From NCBI RefSeq assembly GCF_963921235.1, contig NC_086108.1, forward strand, positions 15,128,001-15,192,000: 64,000 bases of DNA, in the 5' to 3' direction. Source of the stretch: Mobula hypostoma (taxonomy: Eukaryota). The position numbers were made by a program, and so were the translations under genes. The notes below the pieces were generated by a model. The model worked only from the letters and a program-made list of their open reading frames with translations. It searched no databases and was not told where the DNA came from. Below, piece after piece: positions 41,595-53,015 of the stretch (the first letter of the stretch is position 1; each line of letters starts with the position of its first letter).

Positions 41595-41750
41595 TATTCC
41601 GATGAGGACCTAAAAGCAGTGAAGAAGTACAAAGACCATGACTACACTGCTCAGTACTCGCCCTGGTCCTGTGACACAATTAGTTCTTACATTGGCAGCA
41701 AAGATGCACAGCCCAAAGATATGATGACTTCCAGCAGCCTGGAAATGACG
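41595..41750 (+). CDS. RC3H1: Roquin-1 internal coding exon A (phase 0-0)
   Basis: ctag|TAT...ACG|gtaag, 156 nt. Encodes YSDEDLKAVKKYKDHDYTAQYSPWSCDTISSYIGSKDAQPKDMMTSSSLEMT, matching the Roquin-1 motif QYSPWSCDTIGSYIGTKDAKPKD (from memory). Confidence 0.92.
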
Positions 41751-42519
41751 GTAAGAGCAGTGTAAGTGTGCAGAGGAATGTTAACTTTGCCATGGAATAA
41801 CTGAGCTGTGCCAAACCGTTGAAATTAGGATTTGACTAAAATAGCAGCAGAGCAACCTGGAGTACATCTCTGGGGGTGGGTGGGGGAGCGGGTCCAGCAT
41901 TTCTGTGAATAAGATTACATAGGATGGAACTATCTATTGATTTTTGAGGTCCAGGCTGGTGAGCAAATGTTGACTATTTTGATGAGGCATGTGCAGACTT
42001 AGAGGGGCCAAGGAAAAATATCACAATTCCTGCTTAAGTTTCATTGAATTACCACAGCACATAATACTGATTGGTTTATTAACACAGTTCCTCTCTTGAA
42101 AATTGTGCTCAGTTAAAGTGTTAAAAAAAAAGGCAGCTGTGTACCACAGCTGAATATTAATATTTGGTACACGACAGAGTTGCTACAAAATTAAGCTCCC
42201 ACAATACTGTCTTATCAAACTATTCATGAAAGGAACAGCACAGAGTAAAAAGGGTTGAAAAGTGGGGAAAAAACTCTACACAATCCCATCAAAAACTTCC
42301 CAAAACAGGAGTTCATAGATTCATACCACCAAATATCAAGTTACTAAAATTATTCTTTCCATTTATGAGCATTTGGCTGTAGCCGCCTTTTCCATGGTGA
42401 TTTGAGTGCTCTTCCAAATGGTTCTTCAAAGTTGTGAGAATACCTGACTTCACTTTCTCAGGCAATGCATCCCCGATTGTAACCCCCTCTGGCTGAAGAA
42501 AGTATTTCCTCTATTCCTT

Positions 42520-43900
42520 TTGGAGAGAAACTAAAATCAGATGTATTGGTATTGCAGCTTAGTAAAGGCAACAACAGAGGCATGAGAGAGGACGTGGCCA
42601 AAGTTGATTGGAAGGCAGCACTAGTAAGGATGAAGGTAGAGCAGAATTGATTAGCGTTTGCTGATCTTTCTGTGGAAAACACAGAATTCGTTCATCCCAA
42701 ATAAGAATTATTAAGGATGAGGTTGCGAGGTACTTGGAGGCAGATGATAAAGTAGACTGAAGTCTGCATGTTTTCCTTCGGAGAAATCTTGCTTGACAAA
42801 TCTATTAGAATGTTTTTGAGGAAATAGCAGACAGGATAGACAAAGGAGAATCTGTGGATGTTGTTTGTTTGGACTTTCAGAAGGCCTTTGACAAGGTGCT
42901 ACACATGAGGCTGCTAAACAAGGTAAGAGCCCAAGGTTTTACTAGCATGACTGGCAGGAGGCAAAGAGTGGGAATAAAGGGGACCTCTTCTAGTTGACTG
43001 CCAGTGACTAGTAGTGTTCCACAGGAGTCAGAATTGGGGCCGCTGCTTTTCACATTATGTGTTATGATCTGGATGATGAAATTGATGGCTTTGTGGCCAA
43101 GTTTGCAGATGATACAAAAATAGGTTGAAAGGCAGGTAGTGTTGAGGAAGCAGGGAGTCTGCAGAAGGACTTAGACCGTTCGGGAGATTGGGCAAAGAAG
43201 TGGTAGGCGAAATATAGTTACAAGGAAGTAATAAAGGTGTAGACTATTTTCTAAAAGGGAGCAAATTCAGAAATTAGATGCAAAGGGTCTTGGGAGTCCT
43301 CGTGCAGAATTCCCTAAAGGTCAACTTGTAGATTGAGTCAGTGGTGAGGAAGCAATTGCAATCTTTGCATTCATTTCAAGAGGACTGAATAGAAGAACAA
43401 GGATGTAATGCCAAGGCTTTACAAGGCATTGGTCAGATAATATTTTGAGTATTATGAGCAGGTTTTGGGCCCGATATTTAAGAAGGGATAAGCTAGCATT
43501 GGGAAAAGGTCCAGAAGAGGTTTATAAGACTGAGCCTGGGAATGAAAGGGTTACTATATGAAGAGTATTCAATGTCTCTGGGCCTGTACTCACTAGAGTT
43601 TAGAAAAATGAGAGGACATCTCATTGAAGCCTACTGGATATTGAGAGGCCTGTATTGAGTAGACGTGCAGTGGATGTTTTCAATAGTAGGAAAGTCCTAG
43701 GGCCAGAGGGCACAGCCTCAGAATAAAAGGATATCCCTTTAGAAGAGAGATGAGGAGGAATTTCTTCACCAAGGGTGATGAATCTGTGGAATTTATTGTC
43801 ACGGGCAGCTGTGGAGTCCAACTCATTAGTTATCTTTAAAGTGGTGGTTGATAGATAATTAGCAAGGGAGAAGGCAGGAGAATGGGTTTGAGGCGGGAAA
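42520..43900 (+). mobile_element. Old degenerate CR1 LINE (RT region to 3' UTR), interrupted by the Tc1 element; 3' UTR resumes at 47549
   Basis: Decayed motifs LDFQKAFDKV, VPQ.S.LGP and VAKFADDTK with many stops and frameshifts. Boundaries approximate. Confidence 0.8.
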
Positions 43901-44147
43901 TACACTCGGGGCCACTTTATTACGTGCATCTGTACAACTGCTCGTTAATGCAAATATCAGCCAATCTTGTGGCGGCAACTCTGCATAAAAGCATGCAGAC
44001 ATAGTCAAGAGGTTCAGTTGTTCAGACCAAACATGGGGAAGAAATGTGTTCTAAGTGACTGACCGTTTTTTGGTGTCAGATGCAGTAATTTGAATATCTC
44101 AGAAAATACTGATCTCTTGTGAATTTCATGCACAACAGTCTCTCGAG

Positions 44148-46617
44148 CAAGCTTTCTCAAGTTTTTTGCCCTGAAGAAACCCTTGAATTAATTTTCAGGT
44201 CTCAGGGAACCCCTGTGTAAAAATTATTATATCTACAGCTCACAGTATGTAAGTGTGATCAGTAAGCTGTAGATATAATCCAAAAATAATTGTCAGTGCT
44301 CTTTTGTGCAGAGAATGAATTTTTCACCAACCTTTGAGAAAAACAGGTAGTTAGGCTTAGCTTACCTTTCTTGGAATTTATCTCTAACTTTCCATTTCAT
44401 AATTTTTAAATCTCATAAAACAAACATAAATTTCTGTTAAATAACTGGTTTAAGCCAAAATAGGATTTAATTTTTCTAAAGATAGGCTCAGTAGATTTAA
44501 TTTTAAATAAAGGCTGTAAATTGATTTTAGTGATTGCTATTTACTGCATGAAAATTTATTGACAATGTTGAATAGTAAAGTTACTAAAAATCATAAGCCT
44601 AAGAAATATGAATATTGCTGGAGCCATTGCTGTGTTTGTAAGTTGTTTGCTACAGACCAGGCACAATGGAATAGGACAACTTGGATCACCAGTCCATGTA
44701 AAACCCATTGAGAAGTAGCTTTCATTGTAAAGGCAGACTTTTTTGTGTCCATTGCTGCACTAGTGCATGGAATGACTCAGAAGATTGTTATTCTTCATCA
44801 TTAACCTTACCTGTATTGTCTGTAGGCCTGGCCTAGAATCCTCCTCTTCAAAAATCACCACTTTGGACTGTCAGACATGTCTGTAAAACACAAGGGTTAA
44901 TAAAATATAAAAATGTTTAAGTCCATTCATAGCTTGGAAAACACACTTCCCGTTCCTCATCAGCCTACTGTCCTCTCCTCTGTGCAATACAGCGCTTACA
45001 AATTATCAAGTCAAGTCAAGTCACTTTTATTGTCATTTCAACCATGACTGCTGGTACAGAACATAGTAAAAATGAGACAATGTTTTCCAGGACCATGGTG
45101 CTACATGAAACAATACAAAAACTACACTGAACTACGTAAGAAAAAACTCAAAAATTACACTAGACTACAGACCTACCCAGGACTGCATAAAGTGCACAAA
45201 ACAGTGCAGGCACTACAATAGATAATAAATAATAAGACAGTAGGCACAGTAGACGGTATAGTAGGTTGGTGTCAAGCCAGGCTCTGGGTATTGAGGAGTC
45301 TGATGGCTTGGGGGAAGAAATTGTTACATAGTCTGGTCGTGAGAGCCCGAATGCTTCGGTGCCTTTTTCCAGATGGCAGGAGGGAGACGAGTTTATATGA
45401 AGGGTGCGTGGGGTCCTTCATAATGCTGTTTGCTTTGCGGATGCAGCATGCGGTGTAAGTGTCTGTAATGGTGGGAAGAGAGACCCCAGTGATCTTCTCA
45501 GCTGACCTTACTATCTGCTGCAGGGTCTTGCTATCCGAGATGGTGCAATTTCCAAACCAGGCCGTGATTCAGCTGCTCAGGATGCTCTCAATACAACCTC
45601 TGTAGAATATGGTGAGGATGGGGTGGGGTGGGTGGGAGATGGACTTTTCTCAGCCTTCGCAGAAAGTAGAGACGCTGCTGGGCTTTCTTTGCTATGGAGC
45701 TGGTGTTGAGGGACCAGCTGAGATTCTCCGCCAGGTGAACACCAAGAAATTTGGTGCTGTTAATGATCTCTATGGAAGAGTTGTCGATGTTCAGCAGAGA
45801 ATGGTGGCTCTGGGTCCTGAAGTCAACAACCATCTCTTTTGTTTTGTTTACATTCGGACAGGTTGTTGGCTCTCCACCAGTCCGTTAGCTGCTGCACCTC
45901 CTTTCTGTATGCTGACTCATCATTCTTGCTGATGAGACCCACCATGGTCATGTCATCAGCAAACTTGATGTGGATTCGAGTTGTGTGTTGCAGCACAGTC
46001 GTGGGTCAGCAGAGTGAACAACAGTGGACTGAGCACACAGCCCTGGGGGGCCTCTGTGTTCAGTGTGATGGTGTTGGAGATGCTGCTTCCAATCCGTACT
46101 GACTGAGGTCTCCCAGTCAGGAAGTCTAGGATCCAATTGCAGAGGGAGATGTTCAGGTCCAGTAGGCTCAGCTTTCCAATCAGTTTCTGTGGAATGATTG
46201 TGTTGAATGCTGAACTGAAGTCTATGAACAGCATTCGAACTTATGTGTCTTTTTTTTGTCCAGGTGAGTTAAGGCCAGGTGGAGGGTGATGGCAATGGCA
46301 TCGTCTGTTGAACGGTTGGGACGGTACGCGAACTGCAGGGGGTCCAGTGAGGGGGGCAGTATCAACTACTGTCCTCCCCTATCTCGCGTCAAAAACTGAG
46401 AATGGTCTCAACCAAATAAATATGGTCCTACTGCACACTGCCCTACTGGGCTGAGAGATCTCTAATGAGATTGCTAATGAGGATGCTCGGTCACTAGCGA
46501 GCACTAGCAAAAAAGTTTTTAATATTGTGATTGTGATTTTTTTTTTTAAATCACTATCTCTTGCAGAGCACCTTGCGAAGCCATAGGGTTCCGCGGAACC
46601 CCAGTTGAGAAACCCTG
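44148..46617 (-). mobile_element. hAT (Charlie/Buster-type) deletion derivative nested in the Tc1
   Basis: TIRs CAAGCTTTCTCAA and TTGAGAAACCCTG. 8-bp TSD ctctcgag (44140-44147) / ttctagag (46618-46625) fits the NTCTAGAN Charlie target. Minus-strand remnant KKVCLYNESYFSMGFTWTGDPSCPIPLCLVCSKQLTNTAMAP (~44620-44745) resembles a Buster transposase N-terminal zinc finger. Confidence 0.85.
45010..46359 (-). mobile_element. 5'-truncated Rex1/Babar-like LINE nested in the hAT element
   Basis: RT fragments [15 protein letters not shown]...[16 protein letters not shown]...[12 protein letters not shown] and KAQQRLYFLRRLRK. (CTTGA)n tail seen as tcaagtcaagtcaag at 45006. Putative TSD tatcaa at 45004-45009 and 46360-46365. 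Confidence 0.85.
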
Positions 46618-47548
46618 TTCTAGAGTTTACAAAGAATGGTGTGAAAAACAAAAATCATCCAGTGAGCAAAAATGACTTGTTAATGAGAGAGGTCAGAGGA
46701 GAATGGCTGGACTGGTTCAAGCTGATAGGATGGTAACAGTAACTGAAATAAACACATGTTACCATAGAGGTATGCAGAAGGGCATCTCTGAACACATTAC
46801 ACTTTGAACCGTGAAGTGGATATGCTACAATGGTAGAAGACCACACTAGGTTCCACTCCCATCAGCTAAGAACAGGAATCTGAGGCTTCATTGGAAATAG
46901 GCTCAACAAAGTTGGACAGTTGAAGATTGGAAAAACACTGCCTGGTTGAAGCTGAATTTCTGCTGCAACATGCAGATGGTAGGATCAGAATTCAGTGCAA
47001 ACAACATGAATCCATGGATCCCTTTTCCCTTTTGTCAACAGTTCAGCTGGTGGTGGTGCTGTAATGGTGTGGGGAATGTTTTTCTTGGCACATAAGGCCC
47101 CTTAATATCAAATGAGTATCGTTTAAATGCCACAGCCTTCCTGTGTATTGTCGCTGACCATATGATCCCTTTATGGCTACGGCTACCCATTTTCTAAAGG
47201 CTGCTTCCAGCAGAACAATGCATCATGTCACAAAGTACACGTCATCTCAAACTGGTTCCACAAACATAACGAGCTCAGTGTACTCTAATGGCCTCCACAG
47301 TTACCCAATCTCAATCCAATAGGGTGCCTTTGGGATGTCGTAGAATGGAAAATTCACAGCATGAATGTGCAGCCAACAAATCTGCAGCACCTCTATATGC
47401 TATCATATCAACCTGGATCAGGAAATCTAAGGAATGTTTCTAGCACCTTGTGAATCCATGGCACAGAGAATTCAGGCTGCTCTGGGGGAAAAAGGGGGTT
47501 CTACCCAGTCCTAGAAAGGTATAGTTAATAAAGTGGCCACTGAGTGTA

Positions 47549-47625
47549 AATCAGCCATGATTGAATGATAGAGTAGATTCAATGGGTCAGGGGGCCTATT
47601 TCTTCTTATAAATCTTATGGTATTA
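47549..47625 (+). mobile_element. Remaining 3' UTR of the CR1 interrupted at 43900
   Basis: 'aatcagccatgattgaatg...tcttatggt' resembles the CR1 3' UTR at 51432 ('atcagccatgat...') and joins the sequence before 43901 across the TA duplication. Confidence 0.7.
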
Positions 47626-47659
47626 AATCTCTGAATCCTCAATTTATGTTTGCAGACAT

Positions 47660-47750
47660 TCCCAGGGCAAGGACAGATGGGTTAGAAACAGAGTAAAGAT
47701 CCCTCTGCACTGTCCCATCACACACTCCCAGGACAGGGACAGCAAGGTCA
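47660..47750. repeat. About 1.5 units of a dispersed/minisatellite-type motif (cccagggcaaggacag...acagagtaaagatccctctgcactgtcccatcacacactcccagg)
   Basis: Internal repetition of ccagg.ca.ggacag. A degenerate relative lies near 42230-42310. Resembles a repeat I recall as common in elasmobranch genomes. Confidence 0.45.
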
Positions 47751-48974
47751 AGCTGCAATCATTTCAGAAGAATGAAGTGGTTTGGTTGCTCATTGCTACA
47801 GACAATGGATTTTTGTGTTCCTTTTGATTTGTGATTTGAAGCAGCTCACTGTCGTTTGGGGTGCATGTACTGGAGAAGCACTAGTTATATCGTGTAGGAC
47901 CTTTACAACTACATGAAGAAAAAAGGCGTCCATCTCATCAATGTGACATCCCAGTCACATTCAAAAGATGCAACATAGTGGCTGACTAACAATAGAGCCC
48001 GGTTCCCAGTGCTGTAAATATTTGTAAAGCATTAAACCGAAGGACACTGCAAAGGGCAGCGATAGGAGCATGTTGTTGGGACAGGCGAGTGTGTGTTGAT
48101 TCTGCTGGGTTTTCCTCATGTGCTTGTTAATATAGTGAATTATTGACAAAAGATAAAGTACTGTTCTTAGAACAGTGTGTACAGTATATAAACATGACAA
48201 ACACGTGTGTAATCTTGGCAATCCTGAATACCTGGGACAGTATATATACTGAGATAAAATGTCCCCTTCCCTTCCAAGTAAGTAATAATGACTTGAATAC
48301 AATTTACTACAGGTTTGAAATGGGTCATGCTTGTGTGCGTAATGACAGAAACTATCAGGATTAGAATAATGACCTAACATCATTCACATTGTCTTTTAAG
48401 ACAGCTAGGATCCTTCCACTTCTGAAGGAATTAGGTTGTAGTGACTGTAATATACGGTAAACCACAAGAAATCCAGTAGATAATCCAGGGAAAAGTCTCC
48501 ACCCTGTGAATGTGCGGAGTGTGACACTCCATAGTGTAAGGAGCGTTTGAGGTAAACAGTGAAATAAACACCAGAGAGGGAAAGATGTTCCACTCGTGTA
48601 AGATGAGAAATGGTAGGAAGAGGCTTAATCAAAGCATGAACATTGTCATGGACAATTTTTAAAAAGTTATCAATGGACTTTGAGATGGAGACTTCAAGAT
48701 GGAGCCAGGGAGTTGGAGACTAGTAAAATTTCCGTGTGTTTCAATGTTCCAGTTTGAACACTTGAGAAAGCTTTGGATAGTGGTACCCAAATCAAAAGAC
48801 TCAGGGTCAATCAAATGCTCTGACTGGAGCTTTGAAATTGCTGTTTCACTCACCCTTCCTCCCTCTTCCCTCACCCTTTGCCCACCCATCAGAAAGGTGA
48901 AACATGGCATGCTCTGTGCTATGCAGCATAGAGAGAACCAGAGTGAGGACCCAAATGGTTTGCCAGGTTTTTAA

Positions 48975-49060
48975 GATTATACTTTATACTTTATTGTCGT
49001 CAAACAATTGATGCTAGAGCATACAATCATCATAGCGATATTTGATTTTGTGCTTCACAC
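48975..49060 (-). mobile_element. Short 3'-end fragment of a non-LTR retroelement
   Basis: Short tandem tail (tatactt)2 followed by 'tattgtc', the same architecture as the LINE tail at 45006-45035. Confidence 0.4.
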
Positions 49061-49128
49061 AAAATTGGACTTGTTGGTGCAGTTGGGTACTTTCTAATCA
49101 ATTATACGTGAATTAATATCTTTAACAG

Positions 49129-49351
49129 AATGTTGACAGTAAAGGCCTGCGGGAACAGCTGATGAACCTTGACATTCAGAGGAGAACCTCTGAAAACAAG
49201 GAGGAAGATCCCATTATCCCGTTCGGGGAGCTGCCAACTGTTTCGAAATTTGGTGCCATTTCTCGCACTTCCAAAACCAGTTATCAGACAACAGGACCAG
49301 TGCAAGCTATGGCTTCACAAAGCATTGCCACCAAGCCCATCAGTGTGTCAG
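49129..49351 (+). CDS. RC3H1: Roquin-1 coding exon B (phase 0-1)
   Basis: ttaacag|AAT...TCA G|gtaag, 223 nt. Encodes NVDSKGLREQLMNLDIQRRTSENKEEDPIIPFGELPTVSKFGAISRTSKTSYQTTGPVQAMASQSIATKPISVS, including the conserved Roquin PFG..PTVS.FGAISRTSKT motif. Confidence 0.93.
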
Positions 49352-49444
49352 GTAAGCAAGGTACAACAGCCTAACACAAAATTCTCGTAAATGTAGGAAA
49401 ATATCTCCCTCCTGGATATTGCAGTGAGTGAAGTACATTAACTC

Positions 49445-50200
49445 TAAGGTGCAGAGGACATTCACAGGATGTCGCCTGGGATGAAATGTTTCAGTTACAA
49501 GGAGAGACTAGGCCTGTTTTCCTTGAGGAGTTGAGAGTAGATGTGATTGAAGAATGTAAAATTGCATGGGTATTTATAGGGTGAATTGCAGGAAAATTCT
49601 CCCCATTTCAGAGGAACATCTTTTTCATCCAGAGGGTGGTAACCTGAACCATTGTAGATTGCCAAGATCTTGGTGCTATTATAAGTATTTGGTTCTGGAG
49701 TCCAGAACGAGTGGGTAGGGGATACTTAAGTAGGTAATTAGGATGGAAAAGAGGAGCACGAGTTATCACTTCAATTTTATAGAAAATTGCAAAGCATTTT
49801 GTAAGTATCTTAATGATAAGAGGATAGTTAGTTAATAAATGGGGCTATTTTGGACTCTTTGGTATTCACCCAAAGCAAAGGACTTTATAGTTGAAGAACT
49901 TGGGCAGAGAGACAGTGTTATCATTATAAAGGAGTTATGAGGCATATTCCATGCAATGAAAGGCATGGGAGGAGATAGCTGAGACCCTGACAACCATTCA
50001 AATTTTCACTGGCCACATGTGACACACCAAATGACAACAGGACATCAAGTGTTCAACGAGAGCATCATGGATAAACTGGGTAATTTACAAGTCCGTGAGT
50101 CTAAAGTCAGTGCTAGTGATGTTACAGGGAAAACATTCTGATAATAGGATTTACCTACACTTAGAAAAGTAAGAGTCGTTCAAGGACAGACAACATGGTT
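49445..50200 (+). mobile_element. Highly decayed CR1 fragments, including the 5' part of the old copy that continues at 51523
   Basis: 'gtgcagaggacattcacaggatgtcgcctggg' (VQRRFTRMLPG-like) and 'aaggacagacaacatggttt' (QHGF motif). Boundaries approximate. Confidence 0.6.
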
Positions 50201-50202
50201 TA

Positions 50203-51423
50203 ATGATCGGACAAAGTCAGCATGGTTTTGTGAAAGGAAAATCATGTCTGACGAATCTCATAGAATTTTTTGAGGATGTAACTAGTAGAGTGAATAGGGG
50301 AGAACCAGTGGATGTGGTATATTTGGATTTTCAAAAGGCTTTTGACAAGGTCTCACACAGGAGATTAGTGTGCAAACTTAAAGCACACGGTATTGGGGGT
50401 AAGGTATTGGTGTGGGTGGAGAATTGGTTAGCAGACAGGAAGCAAAGAGTGGGAATAAACGGGACCTTTTCAGAATGGCAGGCAGTGACTAGTGGGGTAC
50501 CGCAAGGCTCAGTGCTGGGACCCCAGTTGTTTACAATATATATTAATGACTTGGATGAGGGAATTAAATGCAGCATCTCCAAGTTTGCGGATGACACGAA
50601 GCTGGGTGGCAGTGTTAGTAGTGAAGAGGATGCTAAGAGGATGCAGGGTGACTTGGATAGGTTGGGTGAGTGGGCAAATTCATGGCAGATGCAATTTAAT
50701 GTGGATAAATGTGAAGTTATCCACTTTGGTGGCAAAAATAGGAAAACAGATTATTATCTGAATGGTGGCCAATTAGGAAAAGGGGAGGTGCAACGAGACC
50801 TGGGTGTCATTATATACCAGTCATTGAAAGTGGGCATGCAGGTACAGCAGGCGGTGAAAAAGGCGAATGGTATGCTGGCATTTATAGCGAGAGGATTCGA
50901 GTACAGGAGCAGGGAGGTACTACTGCAGTTGTACAGGGCCTTGGTGAGACCACACGTGGAGTATTGTGTGCAGTTTTGGTCCCCTAATCTGAGGAAAGAC
51001 ATCTTTGCCATAGAGGGAGTACAAAGAAGGTTCACCAGATTGATTCCTGGGATGGCAGGACTTTCATATGAAGAAAGACTGGATGAACTGGGCTTGTACT
51101 CGTTGGAATTTAGAAGATTGAGGGGGGATCTGATTGAAAAGTATAAGATCCTAAAGGGATTGGACAGGCTAGATGCAGGAGGATTGTTCCCGATGTTGGG
51201 GAAGTCCAGAACGAGGGGCCACAGTTTGAGGATAGACGGGAAGCCTTTTAGGACCGAGATTAGGAAAAACTTCTTCACACAGAGAGTGGTGAATCTGTGG
51301 AATTCTCTGCCACAGGAAACTGTTGAGGCCAGTTCATTGGCTATATTTAAGAGGGAGTTAGATATGGCCCTTGTGGCTACGGGGGTCAGGGGGTATGGAG
51401 GGAAGGCTGGGGCGGGGTTCTGA
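50203..51423 (+). CDS. CR1 ORF2 C-terminal portion (reverse transcriptase; no endonuclease domain; probably not expressed)
   Basis: QHGFVKGKSCLTNL, YLDFQKAFDKV, SGVPQGSVLGP, SKFADDTKL, RDLGV, EYCVQFWSP and FFTQRVVNLWNSLP, with no internal stops. Confidence 0.75.
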   Translation: MIGQSQHGFVKGKSCLTNLIEFFEDVTSRVNRGEPVDVVYLDFQKAFDKVSHRRLVCKLKAHGIGGKVLVWVENWLADRKQRVGINGTFSEWQAVTSGVPQGSVLGPQLFTIYINDLDEGIKCSISKFADDTKLGGSVSSEEDAKRMQGDLDRLGEWANSWQMQFNVDKCEVIHFGGKNRKTDYYLNGGQLGKGEVQRDLGVIIYQSLKVGMQVQQAVKKANGMLAFIARGFEYRSREVLLQLYRALVRPHVEYCVQFWSPNLRKDIFAIEGVQRRFTRLIPGMAGLSYEERLDELGLYSLEFRRLRGDLIEKYKILKGLDRLDAGGLFPMLGKSRTRGHSLRIDGKPFRTEIRKNFFTQRVVNLWNSLPQETVEASSLAIFKRELDMALVATGVRGYGGKAGAGF

Positions 51424-51518
51424 GTTGGATGATCAGCCATGATCATAATAAATGGCGGTGCAGGCTCGAAGGGCCGAATGGCCTACTCCTGCACCTATTT
51501 TCTATGTTTCTATGTTTC
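50205..51518 (+). mobile_element. Young 5'-truncated CR1 LINE with intact reading frame, 3' UTR and (TTCTATGT)n tail
   Basis: Uninterrupted 406-aa ORF2 portion. Octamer tail 'ttctatgtttctatgtttc' typical of CR1. Possible TSD taat at 50201-50204 and 51519-51522. Confidence 0.95.
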
Positions 51519-51522
51519 TAAT

Positions 51523-53015
51523 TATGGGGAGATCTTGGCTGTCCAATTTTAGTTTCAAAGAAGTGACAAAATGTATTGATGCAGTGCAGTTGATGTAATT
51601 TATAATGACTATATTAATCTCATTAACAAGACCCAACATGGAAGGCTGGTCTGTAAAGTTAGATGTTTGTTGTATTCATATGATAATATTTGGATTAAAG
51701 GTAGAAAGCATGAATTGCAAATTTGCTGATGACAAAGAAATTGTGCTGCTGTTGATAATAAGCACAGTAGTCAGGCTACAGAGTGACCTTGATCAGCTGG
51801 TAAACTGGGCAAAGCAATAGCTGAGGAATTTAATCAAAAACGCTGGAAATCTTGAGCAACATACACAAAATGCGGGAGGAATTCAGACAACGAGGTAGTA
51901 TCAATGGAAGGGAATAAACAGATTGGTAGCCTCCAATCTAATGGCAATTTCTCCCCCCCGCTTGCTTTTACCTTTCCCCTTTCTGATTATCTTCTCAGCT
52001 CTTCTCTTGTCTTTCACCTGCCCATCATTTCCATGTGGTTCCCCTTCTCCAGCCCTTTCTTCCATGGTCCAGTCATCTCCTATTAGATCTCTTCAGCCCT
52101 TTACCTCTTCCACCTATCCCCTCCCAGCTTCCAACTTCACTCCCCTCCTCCACTCACACATCTTCTGCCTCACCTGGTCTTCCTAGCATATTCCAGCTTA
52201 TACTCCTTCCCCTCCCCTCACCTTATTCTGTCTTCTGCCTCTGTCCTTTCCAGTCTTGATGAAAGGTTTCAGCACAAAACCTCAACTGTTTATTCCTCTC
52301 CATAGATACTACCTGGCTTGCTGAGTTCCTCCAGCATTTTGTGTGTTGCTCAGGAGGAATTTAGTCAAGTTTAGGAGGTCACCTAAAATTATGCAGTGAA
52401 TGGTAAGGCTATAGGGAATTGTTGAGGAACAGAGCAACCTTGATTTACAAGTACTAAGATCCCTGAAGGTGACAGCACTGGTAAATTGGGTGATTAAGAA
52501 GACACATGGGATATGTCTTCACACCGTAGGATATAACAGCAAAACTAGTGGGATTTTATAAAACATTGGTTAGACCGTAGCTGTGGTACTGTGTACAGTT
52601 CAGGTCACTACACTGCAGGAGGATATGATTGCACTGGAGAGTGTGCAGAGCAGATTCAGCAGGACATTGCTTGGAATGGAGCATTTCAGTTATGTGGAGA
52701 GACTAGATAGTTTGCTCTGAGGGGATCTAATAGAAGCATGTAGAATTGATTGGTGTATATTGGGCAGATAATGCAAAACTTTTTCCAAACAGGTGTGTCA
52801 AAAACTAGAGGCCATATTTTTAGGGTAATAGATTTAAAGGGGGTCTGACGAGGTTGGAATTTGGAACTCAGTGGTTGGTGGAGGCCTTACCATTACCACT
52901 GGATGAATTGCCAAGGACAGGTGACTGGTTTGTAGGATTAGTGTAAATAGGTGCTTGATGAATGTGATGGGCCATAAGGTCTGTGACCTTGCTGTATGAC
53001 CCTACAATTCTAAGA
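51523..53015 (+). mobile_element. Old degenerate CR1 (3' part), interrupted by the Penelope-type element at 51838-52353
   Basis: CKFADDKEI, RLQSDLDQLVNWAKQ, YKTLVRP.L.YCVQF and a degenerate tail near 53005. Confidence 0.7.
51838..52353 (+). mobile_element. Penelope-like retroelement remnant with inverted termini
   Basis: Inverted ends gagcaacatacacaaaatgc / gcattttgtgtgttgctc. 15-bp flanking direct repeat gaggaattta(a/g)tcaa at 51823-51837 and 52354-52368. 'GSLQSNG' at ~51925 resembles the GIY-YIG C-terminal LGSLQP.G.N motif. Pyrimidine-rich tract, then a degenerate hammerhead-like core. Confidence 0.65.

Larger units (their letters stand above)
43903..47546 (+). mobile_element. Tc1/mariner DNA transposon with a decayed transposase, carrying nested insertions
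   Basis: TIRs cactcggggccactttatta (43903) and taataaagtggccactgagtg (ending 47546), each flanked by TA. Decayed catalytic-domain motifs FQQ(D>N)NA.CH (~47205) and WPPQ.P.LNPI..LW (~47289). Confidence 0.9.

Noticed and set aside
41901..41909. TTCTGTGAA CDE-like core
   Set aside because: It is intronic (150 nt after the exon A donor) and absent from the mature mRNA.
50331..51446. Minus-strand ORFs of 134 and 230 aa
   Set aside because: They are antisense shadows of the CR1 RT frame.
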